This document shows, one piece after another, positions 10,656-19,304 of a stretch of 64,000 nt of DNA. How positions within the stretch are numbered: position 1 is the stretch's first letter; each line of letters starts with the position of its first letter. Under the pieces are notes generated by a model. It ran no database searches. It saw only the letters and a program-made list of their open reading frames with translations, and was not told where the DNA came from. Origin of the DNA: Phycisphaerae bacterium (GTDB lineage Bacteria > Planctomycetota > Phycisphaerae > UBA1845). Made by a program: the position numbers and the translations under genes. The stretch covers positions 1 to 64,000 of the forward strand of contig JAJDDT010000116.1 of the NCBI GenBank assembly GCA_029260165.1. The letters are read 5' to 3'.

Positions 10656-10719
10656 AAACACCCGGAGCGTTGAATTCATTGCCTACCAATGGTTTCGGGT
10701 TGCGCGGGCAATTCGAGGC

Positions 10720-11490
10720 GTGATGACCCAGCGGTGGTTGGCGGGAGATGTCATGGATCGATTTAAGTTTACGACGATTGCACATGGGACGCATCGGTTG
10801 TGCAGTCCCATTTCGGATGGGAAGTTGCGGGACATCATGGATGTCCTCGGGCTTTCGGCGGATTCGCGGGTATTGGATATTGCCTGTGGGAAGGGGGAAA
10901 TGCTGATTCGGATGGCGGAGTTGTACGGGGTTTCCGGGGTTGCGGTGGATTTTTCGCCGGCGTTTCTGGAGGAGGCGCGGAAGCAGGCATCGACGCGGGG
11001 AGTGGCGGACCGGATCGAATGGATCGAGGGAGATGCAAAGGAGTTTGAGGGGCAGGTCGAGGGGTTTGACGTGGTGTCGTGTCTGGGGGCCAGGCCATTC
11101 GGGGCTTATCGCGACACGTTGACGAGGATGGGGACGTGGGCAAAGACCGGCGGTGTGATGGTCGTGGGCGAGGGATATTGGCAAAAGCCCCCCGATGCGC
11201 GGTATCTGGAATTCCTGGGAGCGAAGGCGGAGGAGTATTCGGATCATGCGGGGACCGAGGCGGTGGGGTTGTCGCTGGGACTGACACCGATCTATTCGAC
11301 TACGTCATCGCAGGACGAATTCGATCATTACGAGGGGATGTATCTGGCTGCGATGGAGCGATACTTGCGGGTGAACCCGGATGATCCCGACGCGCGTGCG
11401 ATGGGTGAGCGAATCCGGGGTTGGCGTGATGCCTGGTTGCGCTGGGGGCGGGAGACGCTGGGATTCGGGGTTTATGTGTTTATGAAATGA
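10720..11490 (+). CDS. class I SAM-dependent methyltransferase
   Basis: Motif I is VLDIACGKGE and an acidic residue follows beta-2 (VDFSP). Confidence 0.7.
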   Translation: MMTQRWLAGDVMDRFKFTTIAHGTHRLCSPISDGKLRDIMDVLGLSADSRVLDIACGKGEMLIRMAELYGVSGVAVDFSPAFLEEARKQASTRGVADRIEWIEGDAKEFEGQVEGFDVVSCLGARPFGAYRDTLTRMGTWAKTGGVMVVGEGYWQKPPDARYLEFLGAKAEEYSDHAGTEAVGLSLGLTPIYSTTSSQDEFDHYEGMYLAAMERYLRVNPDDPDARAMGERIRGWRDAWLRWGRETLGFGVYVFMK

Positions 11491-12658
11491 TGGGTCTGTG
11501 GGCGACGGACCCGGGCTGGTCGAACGACCTGCCGGGTTTGCAGCGGCGAAGGTCGTGCGCGGTTGATCCTGTCGCGATCAGATCGCAGACGATGTCGGCT
11601 GTTACGGGGGCAAGGGTGAGTCCGGTGCGGAAGTGACCGGTGGCGGCGATCAATCCTTCAAAACCGGGGACAGGTCCGATGTAGGGTCTGCGATCGGGGG
11701 TGCCCGGGCGGAGTCCCGCCCACATCGTTTCGACCGGATAGTCAACCAGCTTCGGAACGGCGGCTGCGGTCGAAAGCGTCAGCCATCTGATGCCGTCGGG
11801 CGTGTTGCGTTTCATGAATCCGGAGTCGTGTTCCTCGGTCGCACCGGCGAGGAGTCGGCCATCCTTTCGACAGACAAGGTAGAGCTTCCGGCGGTTGATA
11901 ACGTGGCGGATGGGGCGGTCGACGCAGTGCAACAGCATGATTTGTCCGCGAACCGGATAGACCTTGAAGAGGTCGCTGATTTTGCCGTGGCCAATCTCCG
12001 TGGACCAGGCACCGGCGCACAGGACGACGTGTTTCGCGCGAAATTTGTACCGACCGCAATCGACGCCGATCACGCGATCGTGCTCGACGGCGAATCGCGT
12101 GACCTCCGATCCTTCGCGAATGTCGACACCATGCTCGATGCAGGCGGACCGCAACGCAGCCAGCAGCCTGGGGTTGCGAACCTGGGCGGTATCGCGACGG
12201 AGCAGGAATGCGAGGCAGTTTCGGGCGATATTCGGTTCGACTTCGCGGATGTCGTCGGTCGCGATGACCTCGACGGCGGGTTTTCCGTCTGCTGTGGTCA
12301 CGTCAGCCAGAACGCGGACGTCGGATTCTGCCATCTCGACGGCCTGGGTGGTGGTGAGCATGTCCAGGCTGCCGCAGCGTTCGTATTCGGTGTCGATACC
12401 GGAAACATCCGTCAGCTCGGCGCAGAATGATTCGTATTGGGCGATGCTCTGACAGTGCAGTCGGTACATGGCGTCGGAGCGGTGGGGGTTGGCGGCGGAG
12501 ATGATTCCCGCACCCGCCCATGACGCCTCGCGACCGCATTGGTTTTTTTCGAGCAGGATGACACGATGCCCCGTTTGTTGAACGCGAAACGCAATCGACA
12601 GACCCACGACGCCGCCACCGACGACGATGACTTCTGAATTGTTCCCGGCGATCGTCAT
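11480..12658 (-). CDS. FAD-dependent oxidoreductase, glycine oxidase (ThiO)/D-amino-acid oxidase family
   Basis: It has the Rossmann fold VIVVGGGVVGLSIAF, the PVRGQ motif and a C-terminal GHFRTGLTLAP. Confidence 0.7.
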   Translation of the reverse strand: MTIAGNNSEVIVVGGGVVGLSIAFRVQQTGHRVILLEKNQCGREASWAGAGIISAANPHRSDAMYRLHCQSIAQYESFCAELTDVSGIDTEYERCGSLDMLTTTQAVEMAESDVRVLADVTTADGKPAVEVIATDDIREVEPNIARNCLAFLLRRDTAQVRNPRLLAALRSACIEHGVDIREGSEVTRFAVEHDRVIGVDCGRYKFRAKHVVLCAGAWSTEIGHGKISDLFKVYPVRGQIMLLHCVDRPIRHVINRRKLYLVCRKDGRLLAGATEEHDSGFMKRNTPDGIRWLTLSTAAAVPKLVDYPVETMWAGLRPGTPDRRPYIGPVPGFEGLIAATGHFRTGLTLAPVTADIVCDLIATGSTAHDLRRCKPGRSFDQPGSVAHRPIIS

Positions 12659-12661
12659 GAT

Positions 12662-13768
12662 CTATTTTCCGCGCGGGCGGTGCTCTCCAAGAAGGTCGAG
12701 AATGCGCTGGAGCTGTTCGGGGATCGGGGCTTCGATGGCGATGGGTCTGTTTTCGGTCGGGTGCATGAACCGGATGCGGCGGGCGTGCAGGCACTGGAAC
12801 GGAATGAGCGGTTCGGTGTCGCCTTGTCCCGTGAGGTCTCTTTCGCTGAGAAAGTGTCCGCCGTATTGCGTGTCGCCGAGCATGGGGTGCCCGATGCTGG
12901 ACATGTGGACGCGGAGTTGGTGGGTTCTGCCGGTTTTGGGAAACATGTGCACGGTGGTGAAGCCTGCGAAACGCTGCCGGACCTCGTAACGCGTGATGGC
13001 TTGTTTGGTGGCTTGATCGTAGCTCGCTTTTCCGCCGACGATGATGCGGTCTTTCACGAGCGGATGGGCAGCCAGCGGTTTGTCGATGATGTCGCCGTCG
13101 AGTTGAAGCTCGCCCTCGAGGATGCCAAAATACATCTTGTGGATCGTGCGTTTTTCAAATTGCATCGCGATTCGCCAATGGGCCTCATTGGTCTTGGCGA
13201 TGAGCATGACACCGGTGGTGTTCTTGTCGAGTCGGTGAATAATCCCCGGGCGGAAGGGTTCGCTGCCGTCGGAGAGCGTTTTGGCGTAGTGGGCGAGTCC
13301 GTTGACGATGGTGCCGGATTTGCCCACGCCCGAAGGGTGACAGATGATGCCGGTTTGTTTGTTGATGGCCAGGAACTGGTCGTCTTCGTAGATGATGTCG
13401 AGTGGGATATCCTCGGGGATGACGTCGAGCGGAACCGGGGGTGGCAGAACGACCTGAATAACGTCGCCTTTGGCGGGTTCGTAGCTCGGTTTGGTGGGCA
13501 GGCTGTTGACGGTGACGTCGCCGTCCTTGATGAGTTTCTGGAGGTTCGTTCGCGACATGCGCGGGAATTTGGCGCAGAGGTATACGTCGAGACGTTTGCC
13601 GGCGAATTTTTTGCGGACGTTGATGGTGTGGATCGCGCAGACGTCATCTTCAGTATCGTCAGTGGCGTCGCCAAGGGTGTCGTCAATGGGCTCGTTGATG
13701 GGTTGGATGTCGCGCGGTTCGTCTGTCATCGGTGCTGTCATGCGTGAAACCAGCCAAGATGAGGGCAA
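12662..13768 (-). CDS. RluA-family 23S rRNA pseudouridine synthase (RluD-like)
   Basis: It has the catalytic HRLDKNTTGVMLIAKT and an S4-like N-terminal region. The start is uncertain (13768, 13741 or 13729). Confidence 0.8.
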   Translation of the reverse strand: MPSSWLVSRMTAPMTDEPRDIQPINEPIDDTLGDATDDTEDDVCAIHTINVRKKFAGKRLDVYLCAKFPRMSRTNLQKLIKDGDVTVNSLPTKPSYEPAKGDVIQVVLPPPVPLDVIPEDIPLDIIYEDDQFLAINKQTGIICHPSGVGKSGTIVNGLAHYAKTLSDGSEPFRPGIIHRLDKNTTGVMLIAKTNEAHWRIAMQFEKRTIHKMYFGILEGELQLDGDIIDKPLAAHPLVKDRIIVGGKASYDQATKQAITRYEVRQRFAGFTTVHMFPKTGRTHQLRVHMSSIGHPMLGDTQYGGHFLSERDLTGQGDTEPLIPFQCLHARRIRFMHPTENRPIAIEAPIPEQLQRILDLLGEHRPRGK

Positions 13769-13803
13769 AACGGCGTGGATGCAAGGGGTGCGGAGGTCGT
13801 GAT

Positions 13804-14676
13804 GTGCGGCGTGTGCTGATGATTGTCAATCCGGTGGCGGGGAGGACGAACCCGACGAGACTGGTTCGGCGTGTGGAGCGACGGCTGACTGAGTCGGATG
13901 TCGGGGTGGAGGTTCTGGAGACGGTGGGGGTCGGAGACGCGACGCGAATAGCGGCTGATGTGGCTGATCGGACCGAAACGGTGGTGGTGTTCGGAGGCGA
14001 TGGCACCTGTCGCGAAGTAGCGCGGGGGTTGAATGGAAAGCGGATTCCGCTGGTGCCCGTTCCGACGGGCACAGAATCGATTTTTGCGCGGGAATTGGGG
14101 ATGAAAGCCCGAGCGAAACGGGTCGTGCGGGCGGTGATTTCCGGTCAGCGGCGGATGTGTGATGTGGGCTGGGTCAACGGCGAGCACATGTTTCTGGTTG
14201 TTGCGGGCGTTGGATTCGATGCGGAGGTGTTGGCGAGGGTGGTGAGGCGGCGAGTCGGACATCAGTCGAATCTCGACTACATCGGGCCGTTGCTCAGGAC
14301 GTTTTTTGCCTATCGTTTCCCCGTGATTCGTGTGTTTGACGGGAGTTTGAAGAAGTTTGACGGGCGGGGAATTGTATTGGTCGGGAACATGGCCCGCTAC
14401 GCGCTCGGTTTGCGCGTGGTTCGCGATGCAAAATGGGACGACGGATTGTTGGACGTGGTGGTTTTTCCGTGCTCAACGCGAACCGGGTTGGTTCGGCATG
14501 CGGTTTGGACAGTCGCGAGGCGGCATTTCGGGCGGAACGGGGTTGTGTGTTTTCGGAGCAGGCGCGTGGTGGTTGAGCATGACGATGCGGTTGGCGTTCA
14601 GGTTGACGGCGAGATCGTGAACGCGGGCAGGTATGAATTTACGGTGGATCGCGGTGGTCTGTGGGTGCAGGTTTGA
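13804..14676 (+). CDS. diacylglycerol kinase family lipid kinase (DagK_cat)
   Basis: It has VVVFGGDGT and PVPTGTES. The start is a GTG at 13804 or an ATG at 13819. Confidence 0.7.
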   Translation: MRRVLMIVNPVAGRTNPTRLVRRVERRLTESDVGVEVLETVGVGDATRIAADVADRTETVVVFGGDGTCREVARGLNGKRIPLVPVPTGTESIFARELGMKARAKRVVRAVISGQRRMCDVGWVNGEHMFLVVAGVGFDAEVLARVVRRRVGHQSNLDYIGPLLRTFFAYRFPVIRVFDGSLKKFDGRGIVLVGNMARYALGLRVVRDAKWDDGLLDVVVFPCSTRTGLVRHAVWTVARRHFGRNGVVCFRSRRVVVEHDDAVGVQVDGEIVNAGRYEFTVDRGGLWVQV

Positions 14677-14890
14677 GGGTTTGGTGCAGCGAGATAGGCG
14701 GGAGTTGGATCGACGCGGGTTGGGGGTTGGCATTCGTTGACAAAACCGGGGGGGTTTCTGAGAATGTGCTGGTGTCTGGGTTGAAACTGCGGGATTCGTG
14801 GCCTGCGGTTGGTCGATATTTGGAAAGAATGTGGTGTGCGGATTGATTCGAGGGCGGTGCGTTTGTGTCCCGCCTTTCTCTTGGGCCTGA

Positions 14891-14912
14891 CATTGTGATT
14901 TTATTCACAATG
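14891..14912. promoter_or_regulatory. CRP/FNR-family type palindrome TGTGA-N6-TCACA
   Basis: The sequence CATTGTGAttttatTCACAATG is a perfect 8-bp inverted repeat about 110 bp upstream of the first gene of the bc-complex operon. Confidence 0.35.
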
Positions 14913-15019
14913 TGGTACTGGTTGCAAAGGGTCGGCGGAGTCGTAAACGGTTTTGAAAAAAGGGTTTGTGTTCGTCGCGGTGGTTGGGTTTAATACCCGG
15001 CGAACTAGCTGAAAATGTC

Positions 15020-16162
15020 ATGAGCGGACAGGAAAAACACCGAGAATCTGAGGGGACGCAGCGGGAAGAGATGGCGGATCCGTCGGAACATGCGTTTTCG
15101 GGCGGTGGAGGCTATTCCGAGACGGGGGCGGATGAGCCTATGACGTCGTCGCTGATGGCGAGGCTCTTCGCCGTTCCGCTGGTGATTGTCAGTGTGGTTG
15201 TAGGATGTGCAGTGGTGGTTGTATTGCTGTTCGGGTCGATCGCGACGGATCAGGAGCGGTCGATTGACCGTTTGCTGACGATTCTGGAGACGCGCTCCGG
15301 GGAGAAGATGGTGGGGATGCTGCTTCCGAATGAGAAGGAGTTGTGGCAGGCGAGTCGGGAGTTGGCGTTGAGGCTTGGGAAAAAAGAGGTCGAGGTATCG
15401 GCTGATGAGCTGCCGATGGTGGTGGATCGGTTGTCCGCGATGTTGGCAGTTGGGGACGCGTCGGGGGAAACGGCTAACGAATGGGTGCTCAAGAAGCGTC
15501 ATTTTGTGATGCAGGCGGTTGCGATGACCGATTCGCCGAAGGCGGTTGGCGCGTTGGTTCCGTTGTTGCAATCGGATGACGGGATGACGCGGGGTCAGGC
15601 GTTGGCGTCGTTGGCGTCGTTGCGTGACCTGCCGGAGACGCGGGGTGCTTTGGGTGCGATGTTGCCGTTGTTGAAGGATGGTGATTCCGCCGTGCAGATG
15701 CAGGCGTGTGCAGCCATATCGGTCGTGGCTGAGACGGGTGACGTTGAGGCGATCGATGCGTTGGTTCAAGCCTATTTCGACGACGATCGCGAGGTTCAGT
15801 GGAATGCGACGTTGGCGTTGGCGCGGTTGGGGAGTTTGAAGGGGAAGTCACTTCTGTTGGACATGTTGACGCGTTCGTATTGGGAAAAGGATGTCAAGGT
15901 GCGGAAGGAGACTTCGCCGGGGAGTTTCGTGGAATATCCGCTACCGCCGTTGGCGGTTTCGCGTTATCTTGTGGCCGCTGTTGAGGCGGCTGGGCATGTT
16001 GATGATGCTCAGGTGTGGTCGCAGATCGAATCGCTGTCGAAGGACGAGTCGCCTGAGGTTCAGGAAGCGGTCCGGCGTGTACTGGATGAGCGCTCCGCTG
16101 TCGGGGGTTCATCAGGGTCGGGCTCGTTAGCCAAGAGTGAGGAAGTTGGCCATGGCCGTTAA
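15020..16162 (+). CDS. membrane-anchored HEAT/PBS-lyase-like repeat protein
   Basis: It has a transmembrane helix, then repeated LLxDxDxxVRxxAxxAL units (LVPLLQSDDGMTRGQALASL, MLPLLKDGDSAVQMQACAAI). Confidence 0.6.
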   Translation: MSGQEKHRESEGTQREEMADPSEHAFSGGGGYSETGADEPMTSSLMARLFAVPLVIVSVVVGCAVVVVLLFGSIATDQERSIDRLLTILETRSGEKMVGMLLPNEKELWQASRELALRLGKKEVEVSADELPMVVDRLSAMLAVGDASGETANEWVLKKRHFVMQAVAMTDSPKAVGALVPLLQSDDGMTRGQALASLASLRDLPETRGALGAMLPLLKDGDSAVQMQACAAISVVAETGDVEAIDALVQAYFDDDREVQWNATLALARLGSLKGKSLLLDMLTRSYWEKDVKVRKETSPGSFVEYPLPPLAVSRYLVAAVEAAGHVDDAQVWSQIESLSKDESPEVQEAVRRVLDERSAVGGSSGSGSLAKSEEVGHGR

Positions 16163-17210
16163 GGAACAGATCGTCAAAGTATGGATCGAGGAAGGGTGCA
16201 TCGTTTGCGATGCGTGCGAGACGGCTGCCCCGGACGTTTTCGATGTTCAGGATGAGACGTGCGAGATTCGTCCCGACGCGTTGAAGATGGAATTCACCAA
16301 GCCTCGGACGGACTCGATTGTTGAAGCGGCTGAGGAATGTCCGGTTGATGTGATCAAGTTTGACGTGGTTTCGGAGGAAGTGGCGGATGCTGCACTTGCG
16401 GCTCCTTCTCCCGCCGCGGCTGAGGCTGCCCCTGTCGCGTCCGCTCCTGCTCCCGTGGCGGCTGCTCCGTCTGAGCCTGCACCGGCTGCGGTTGCGAAGT
16501 CTCCGGTGAAATCGCCTGCGGTTTCTGTAGCGGGTGCCCCTGATCCTGCGATACAGGCGTTGTTGCGTGCTGCGACGGCGCGAGGGGGAATGGCGGGTCG
16601 ATCGAGGGACGAGGGTGGTCCCGAGGCTCGTGAATGGAGCAAAAAGCGGGCGGACGACTTGCCGCCTGATGCGCGTACGTCGAAGGTGATGCAGGGGACC
16701 AGGGGCAAGGACGCGGGGGTAACGCGTCGCGGTTTGCTGGCGGGTTCAGCGGCTGCGATCGGATGGGCGGCGTTTGGTGGGACGACGATGGTTTCGGGTG
16801 TGGCTTTCCAGCGATTCCTGATGCCGAACGTGTTGGAGGAACCTGATCCGAAGATTCGGGTGGGTACGGTTTCTCAGTATGCGCAGATGGTGCCCGGTGA
16901 GGTGAATGAAGACTACAAGCCAATCGGGGTTTGGATGATTCGCACGGAAGGCAAATTGGCGGCGCTCAATATTATTTGTACGCATCTTGGTTGTATTCCA
17001 AACTGGCTGGCGAATGACCGGAAGTTCAAGTGTCCGTGTCATGGAAGCGGTTTTTATCCTGATGGGATTAATTTTGAGGGACCAGCTCCGAGGCCTTTGG
17101 AGCGGTTTAAGATTTCGTTGATCGACGGGACGATTGTCGTCGATCGGAGCAAGAAGTTTCAATTTGAGAAGGGTGAGTGGGACAATTCCGACAGTTATTT
17201 GTCGGTGTAG
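16152..17210 (+). CDS. Rieske [2Fe-2S] subunit of cytochrome bc complex with N-terminal ferredoxin-like (CxxCxxC...CP) domain
   Basis: AGGAAG lies 6 nt before ATG 16152. The N-terminus has CIVCDACETAAPDVF and ECPVD. An Ala/Pro linker follows, then an internal twin-arginine TRRGLLAGSAAA, then the Rieske boxes CTHLGC and CPCHGS. Confidence 0.85.
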   Translation: MAVKEQIVKVWIEEGCIVCDACETAAPDVFDVQDETCEIRPDALKMEFTKPRTDSIVEAAEECPVDVIKFDVVSEEVADAALAAPSPAAAEAAPVASAPAPVAAAPSEPAPAAVAKSPVKSPAVSVAGAPDPAIQALLRAATARGGMAGRSRDEGGPEAREWSKKRADDLPPDARTSKVMQGTRGKDAGVTRRGLLAGSAAAIGWAAFGGTTMVSGVAFQRFLMPNVLEEPDPKIRVGTVSQYAQMVPGEVNEDYKPIGVWMIRTEGKLAALNIICTHLGCIPNWLANDRKFKCPCHGSGFYPDGINFEGPAPRPLERFKISLIDGTIVVDRSKKFQFEKGEWDNSDSYLSV

Positions 17211-17294
17211 TTTCGTCGCTCTTCATGGCATGGTTCGGCAGGTCCGCGGCGCGGTTGGACCTGTGGGACAACAGCAGATTTCAGGTACGACAGA

Positions 17295-18080
17295 ATGAGT
17301 TTATTCAGCCGATTTGGTGACTGGGTCCGTGAGGGACAGGTTTGGGGCAGCGTGTTGCGACATGGTGTTCCGCGAGATCGTCGGACACGTGCGATGGCGA
17401 TATTGAGCAATGTGTTTCTGCACCTTCATCCCGTGGCGATTCGCAAGAGTGGTATTCGCTTGAGCTTCACATGGTGCATGGGGGGTCTGACCTTCTTTCT
17501 GTTTTTGATCGAGGTCGTGACCGGTGTGCTCCTGATGTTCTACTACAGACCGACGGTGGAATATGCCTATTTTGATATTCAGGGTCTGCGAGCGCATGTG
17601 ACGCTGGGACTGTTGCGCGAGATGCATCGGTGGGGTGCGCACGCGATGGTGATTGCGATCTGGCTGCACATGCTTCGTGTGTTTTTGACGGGTAGTTACA
17701 AACCGCCTCGCGAGTTCAACTGGACGATTGGTGTGATTCTGTTGGTATTGACGCTGTTGTTGTCATTTACCGGGTATTTATTGCCTTGGGATCAGTTGGC
17801 GATGTGGGCGATTACGGTGGGGTCGAACATGGCCCGTGCGACGCCATTGATTGGTCATGAGGGGCCGCTGGCGCAGTATGTGCAGATTGGCGGTGTACCG
17901 CTGGTGCATGCCGGTGACGATGCGCGTTTCGGGTTGCTGGCCGGTACGTTCGTGGGGCCTAATGCGCTGTTGCGGTTTTATGTGTTGCATTGCATTTTCA
18001 TTCCGCTGGTGGTCGGCGTGTTGATTGCGGTTCATTTCTGGCGGATTCGCAAGGATGGCGGAATCAGTGGTCCGCTGTAG
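17295..18080 (+). CDS. cytochrome b, N-terminal (b6-like) half
   Basis: It has four transmembrane helices with conserved His pairs (HLHP..., [15 protein letters not shown]). The PEWY region is absent, which marks it as the split N-terminal half. Confidence 0.9.
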   Translation: MSLFSRFGDWVREGQVWGSVLRHGVPRDRRTRAMAILSNVFLHLHPVAIRKSGIRLSFTWCMGGLTFFLFLIEVVTGVLLMFYYRPTVEYAYFDIQGLRAHVTLGLLREMHRWGAHAMVIAIWLHMLRVFLTGSYKPPREFNWTIGVILLVLTLLLSFTGYLLPWDQLAMWAITVGSNMARATPLIGHEGPLAQYVQIGGVPLVHAGDDARFGLLAGTFVGPNALLRFYVLHCIFIPLVVGVLIAVHFWRIRKDGGISGPL

Positions 18081-18126
18081 CGTTTGGCGCGGTGGCGGTG
18101 AATCGGACGAGCAATTTGGATAGACG

Positions 18127-19281
18127 ATGATTGAATCAATGAACAGTCTGTTGGCTGGTGAGACGCTGCTCGCTTCGGGTGGTGTTGAAACGGTTAAGAA
18201 CGCGATCAACTGGGTATGTCAGCCTCACTGGTTTTTCGTTCTTTCGTGTGGTGTGACGGGGGTTTTTCTGGGTGGTTATCGTGCGTTAACCAGGCCTGCG
18301 GTCGCTCTTTTTGCGCTGATCGCATTCACGATTGCCTATGGCCTGTCGGCGATGGACGCGGACTTTCTGTCGATCATCATCAAGCCTGACAACGTTCCGA
18401 TCACGTTGATGATTTATTTGTTTGGTTTTTTCATCTGGCTGGGATTTCGCCAGGCAGCGGTCAACGACGAAAACACAGAGCAGGGCAGGCCGCTGATCGA
18501 GGCGGGTTCGGACGACAAGGTGTTGGTCTGGCCTGATCTGGTTTATATCGAATTGATAGCGATGGTGCTCTGCACGGTATTTATCATCGTATGGGCGGTG
18601 GTGTTGCGGGCACCGTTGGAGCAGCCCGCCGACCCGAGTCTGGCTCCGAATCCCGCGAAGGCACCCTGGTATTTCCTGGGGTTGCAGGAGTTGCTGGTTT
18701 ATTTTGATCCGTGGATTGCGGGTGTGCTGCTGCCGGGGTTGATCGTTGTTGGTTTGATTGCGGTTCCGTACCTCGACAAGAACCCGAGGGGGAACGGGTA
18801 TTACACGTTCAAGGAGCGAAAGTTTGCGATCTCGATGTTCATGATCGGGTTCGTGATTCTCTGGCTGGTGCTGATCGTGTTCGGCACGTTTTTGCGTGGT
18901 CCGAACTGGAATTTCTTCGGTCCGTATGAATATTGGGATGTGCACAGGCCGGCGGCGCTGTTGAATATCAACCTGTCTGAGATTTTCTGGGTTCAGTGGT
19001 TGAATCAGGGGATTCCGACGGAGGGCAGGTGGGGTCTGCCGCATTTTGTTTATCGCGAGTTGCCGGGGATTGTGGTGTTGCTTGGGTACTTTTTTGTGTT
19101 GCCGGTGATGCTGCGGGTGACTGTGTTCAAGCGGATGGGCGATCAGATCGGACTGATTCGCTACTCGTTGTTGATCATGCTGTTTTTGTGGATGGCATTG
19201 ATTCCCATCAAGATGGTTTTGCGATGGGGCTGGAATTTCAAGTACATCGTGGGCATCACCGAGTGGTTCCTTAACTTTTAG
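18127..19281 (+). CDS. cytochrome b C-terminal half / subunit-IV-like, extended
   Basis: It has the PWYFLGLQELLVYF (PEWY-like) motif and multiple transmembrane helices. At 384 aa it is much longer than b6f subunit IV. Confidence 0.8.
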   Translation: MIESMNSLLAGETLLASGGVETVKNAINWVCQPHWFFVLSCGVTGVFLGGYRALTRPAVALFALIAFTIAYGLSAMDADFLSIIIKPDNVPITLMIYLFGFFIWLGFRQAAVNDENTEQGRPLIEAGSDDKVLVWPDLVYIELIAMVLCTVFIIVWAVVLRAPLEQPADPSLAPNPAKAPWYFLGLQELLVYFDPWIAGVLLPGLIVVGLIAVPYLDKNPRGNGYYTFKERKFAISMFMIGFVILWLVLIVFGTFLRGPNWNFFGPYEYWDVHRPAALLNINLSEIFWVQWLNQGIPTEGRWGLPHFVYRELPGIVVLLGYFFVLPVMLRVTVFKRMGDQIGLIRYSLLIMLFLWMALIPIKMVLRWGWNFKYIVGITEWFLNF

Positions 19282-19304
19282 CAATTGCGTTTGGAAAAAA
19301 CGTT

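Noticed and set aside
9486-10679. 397-aa ORF antisense to flotillin
   Set aside because: It is a shadow ORF. The flotillin frame is strongly supported.
12680-13747. 355-aa ORF antisense to RluA
   Set aside because: It is a shadow ORF with a Gly/Val/Asp-rich mirror composition.
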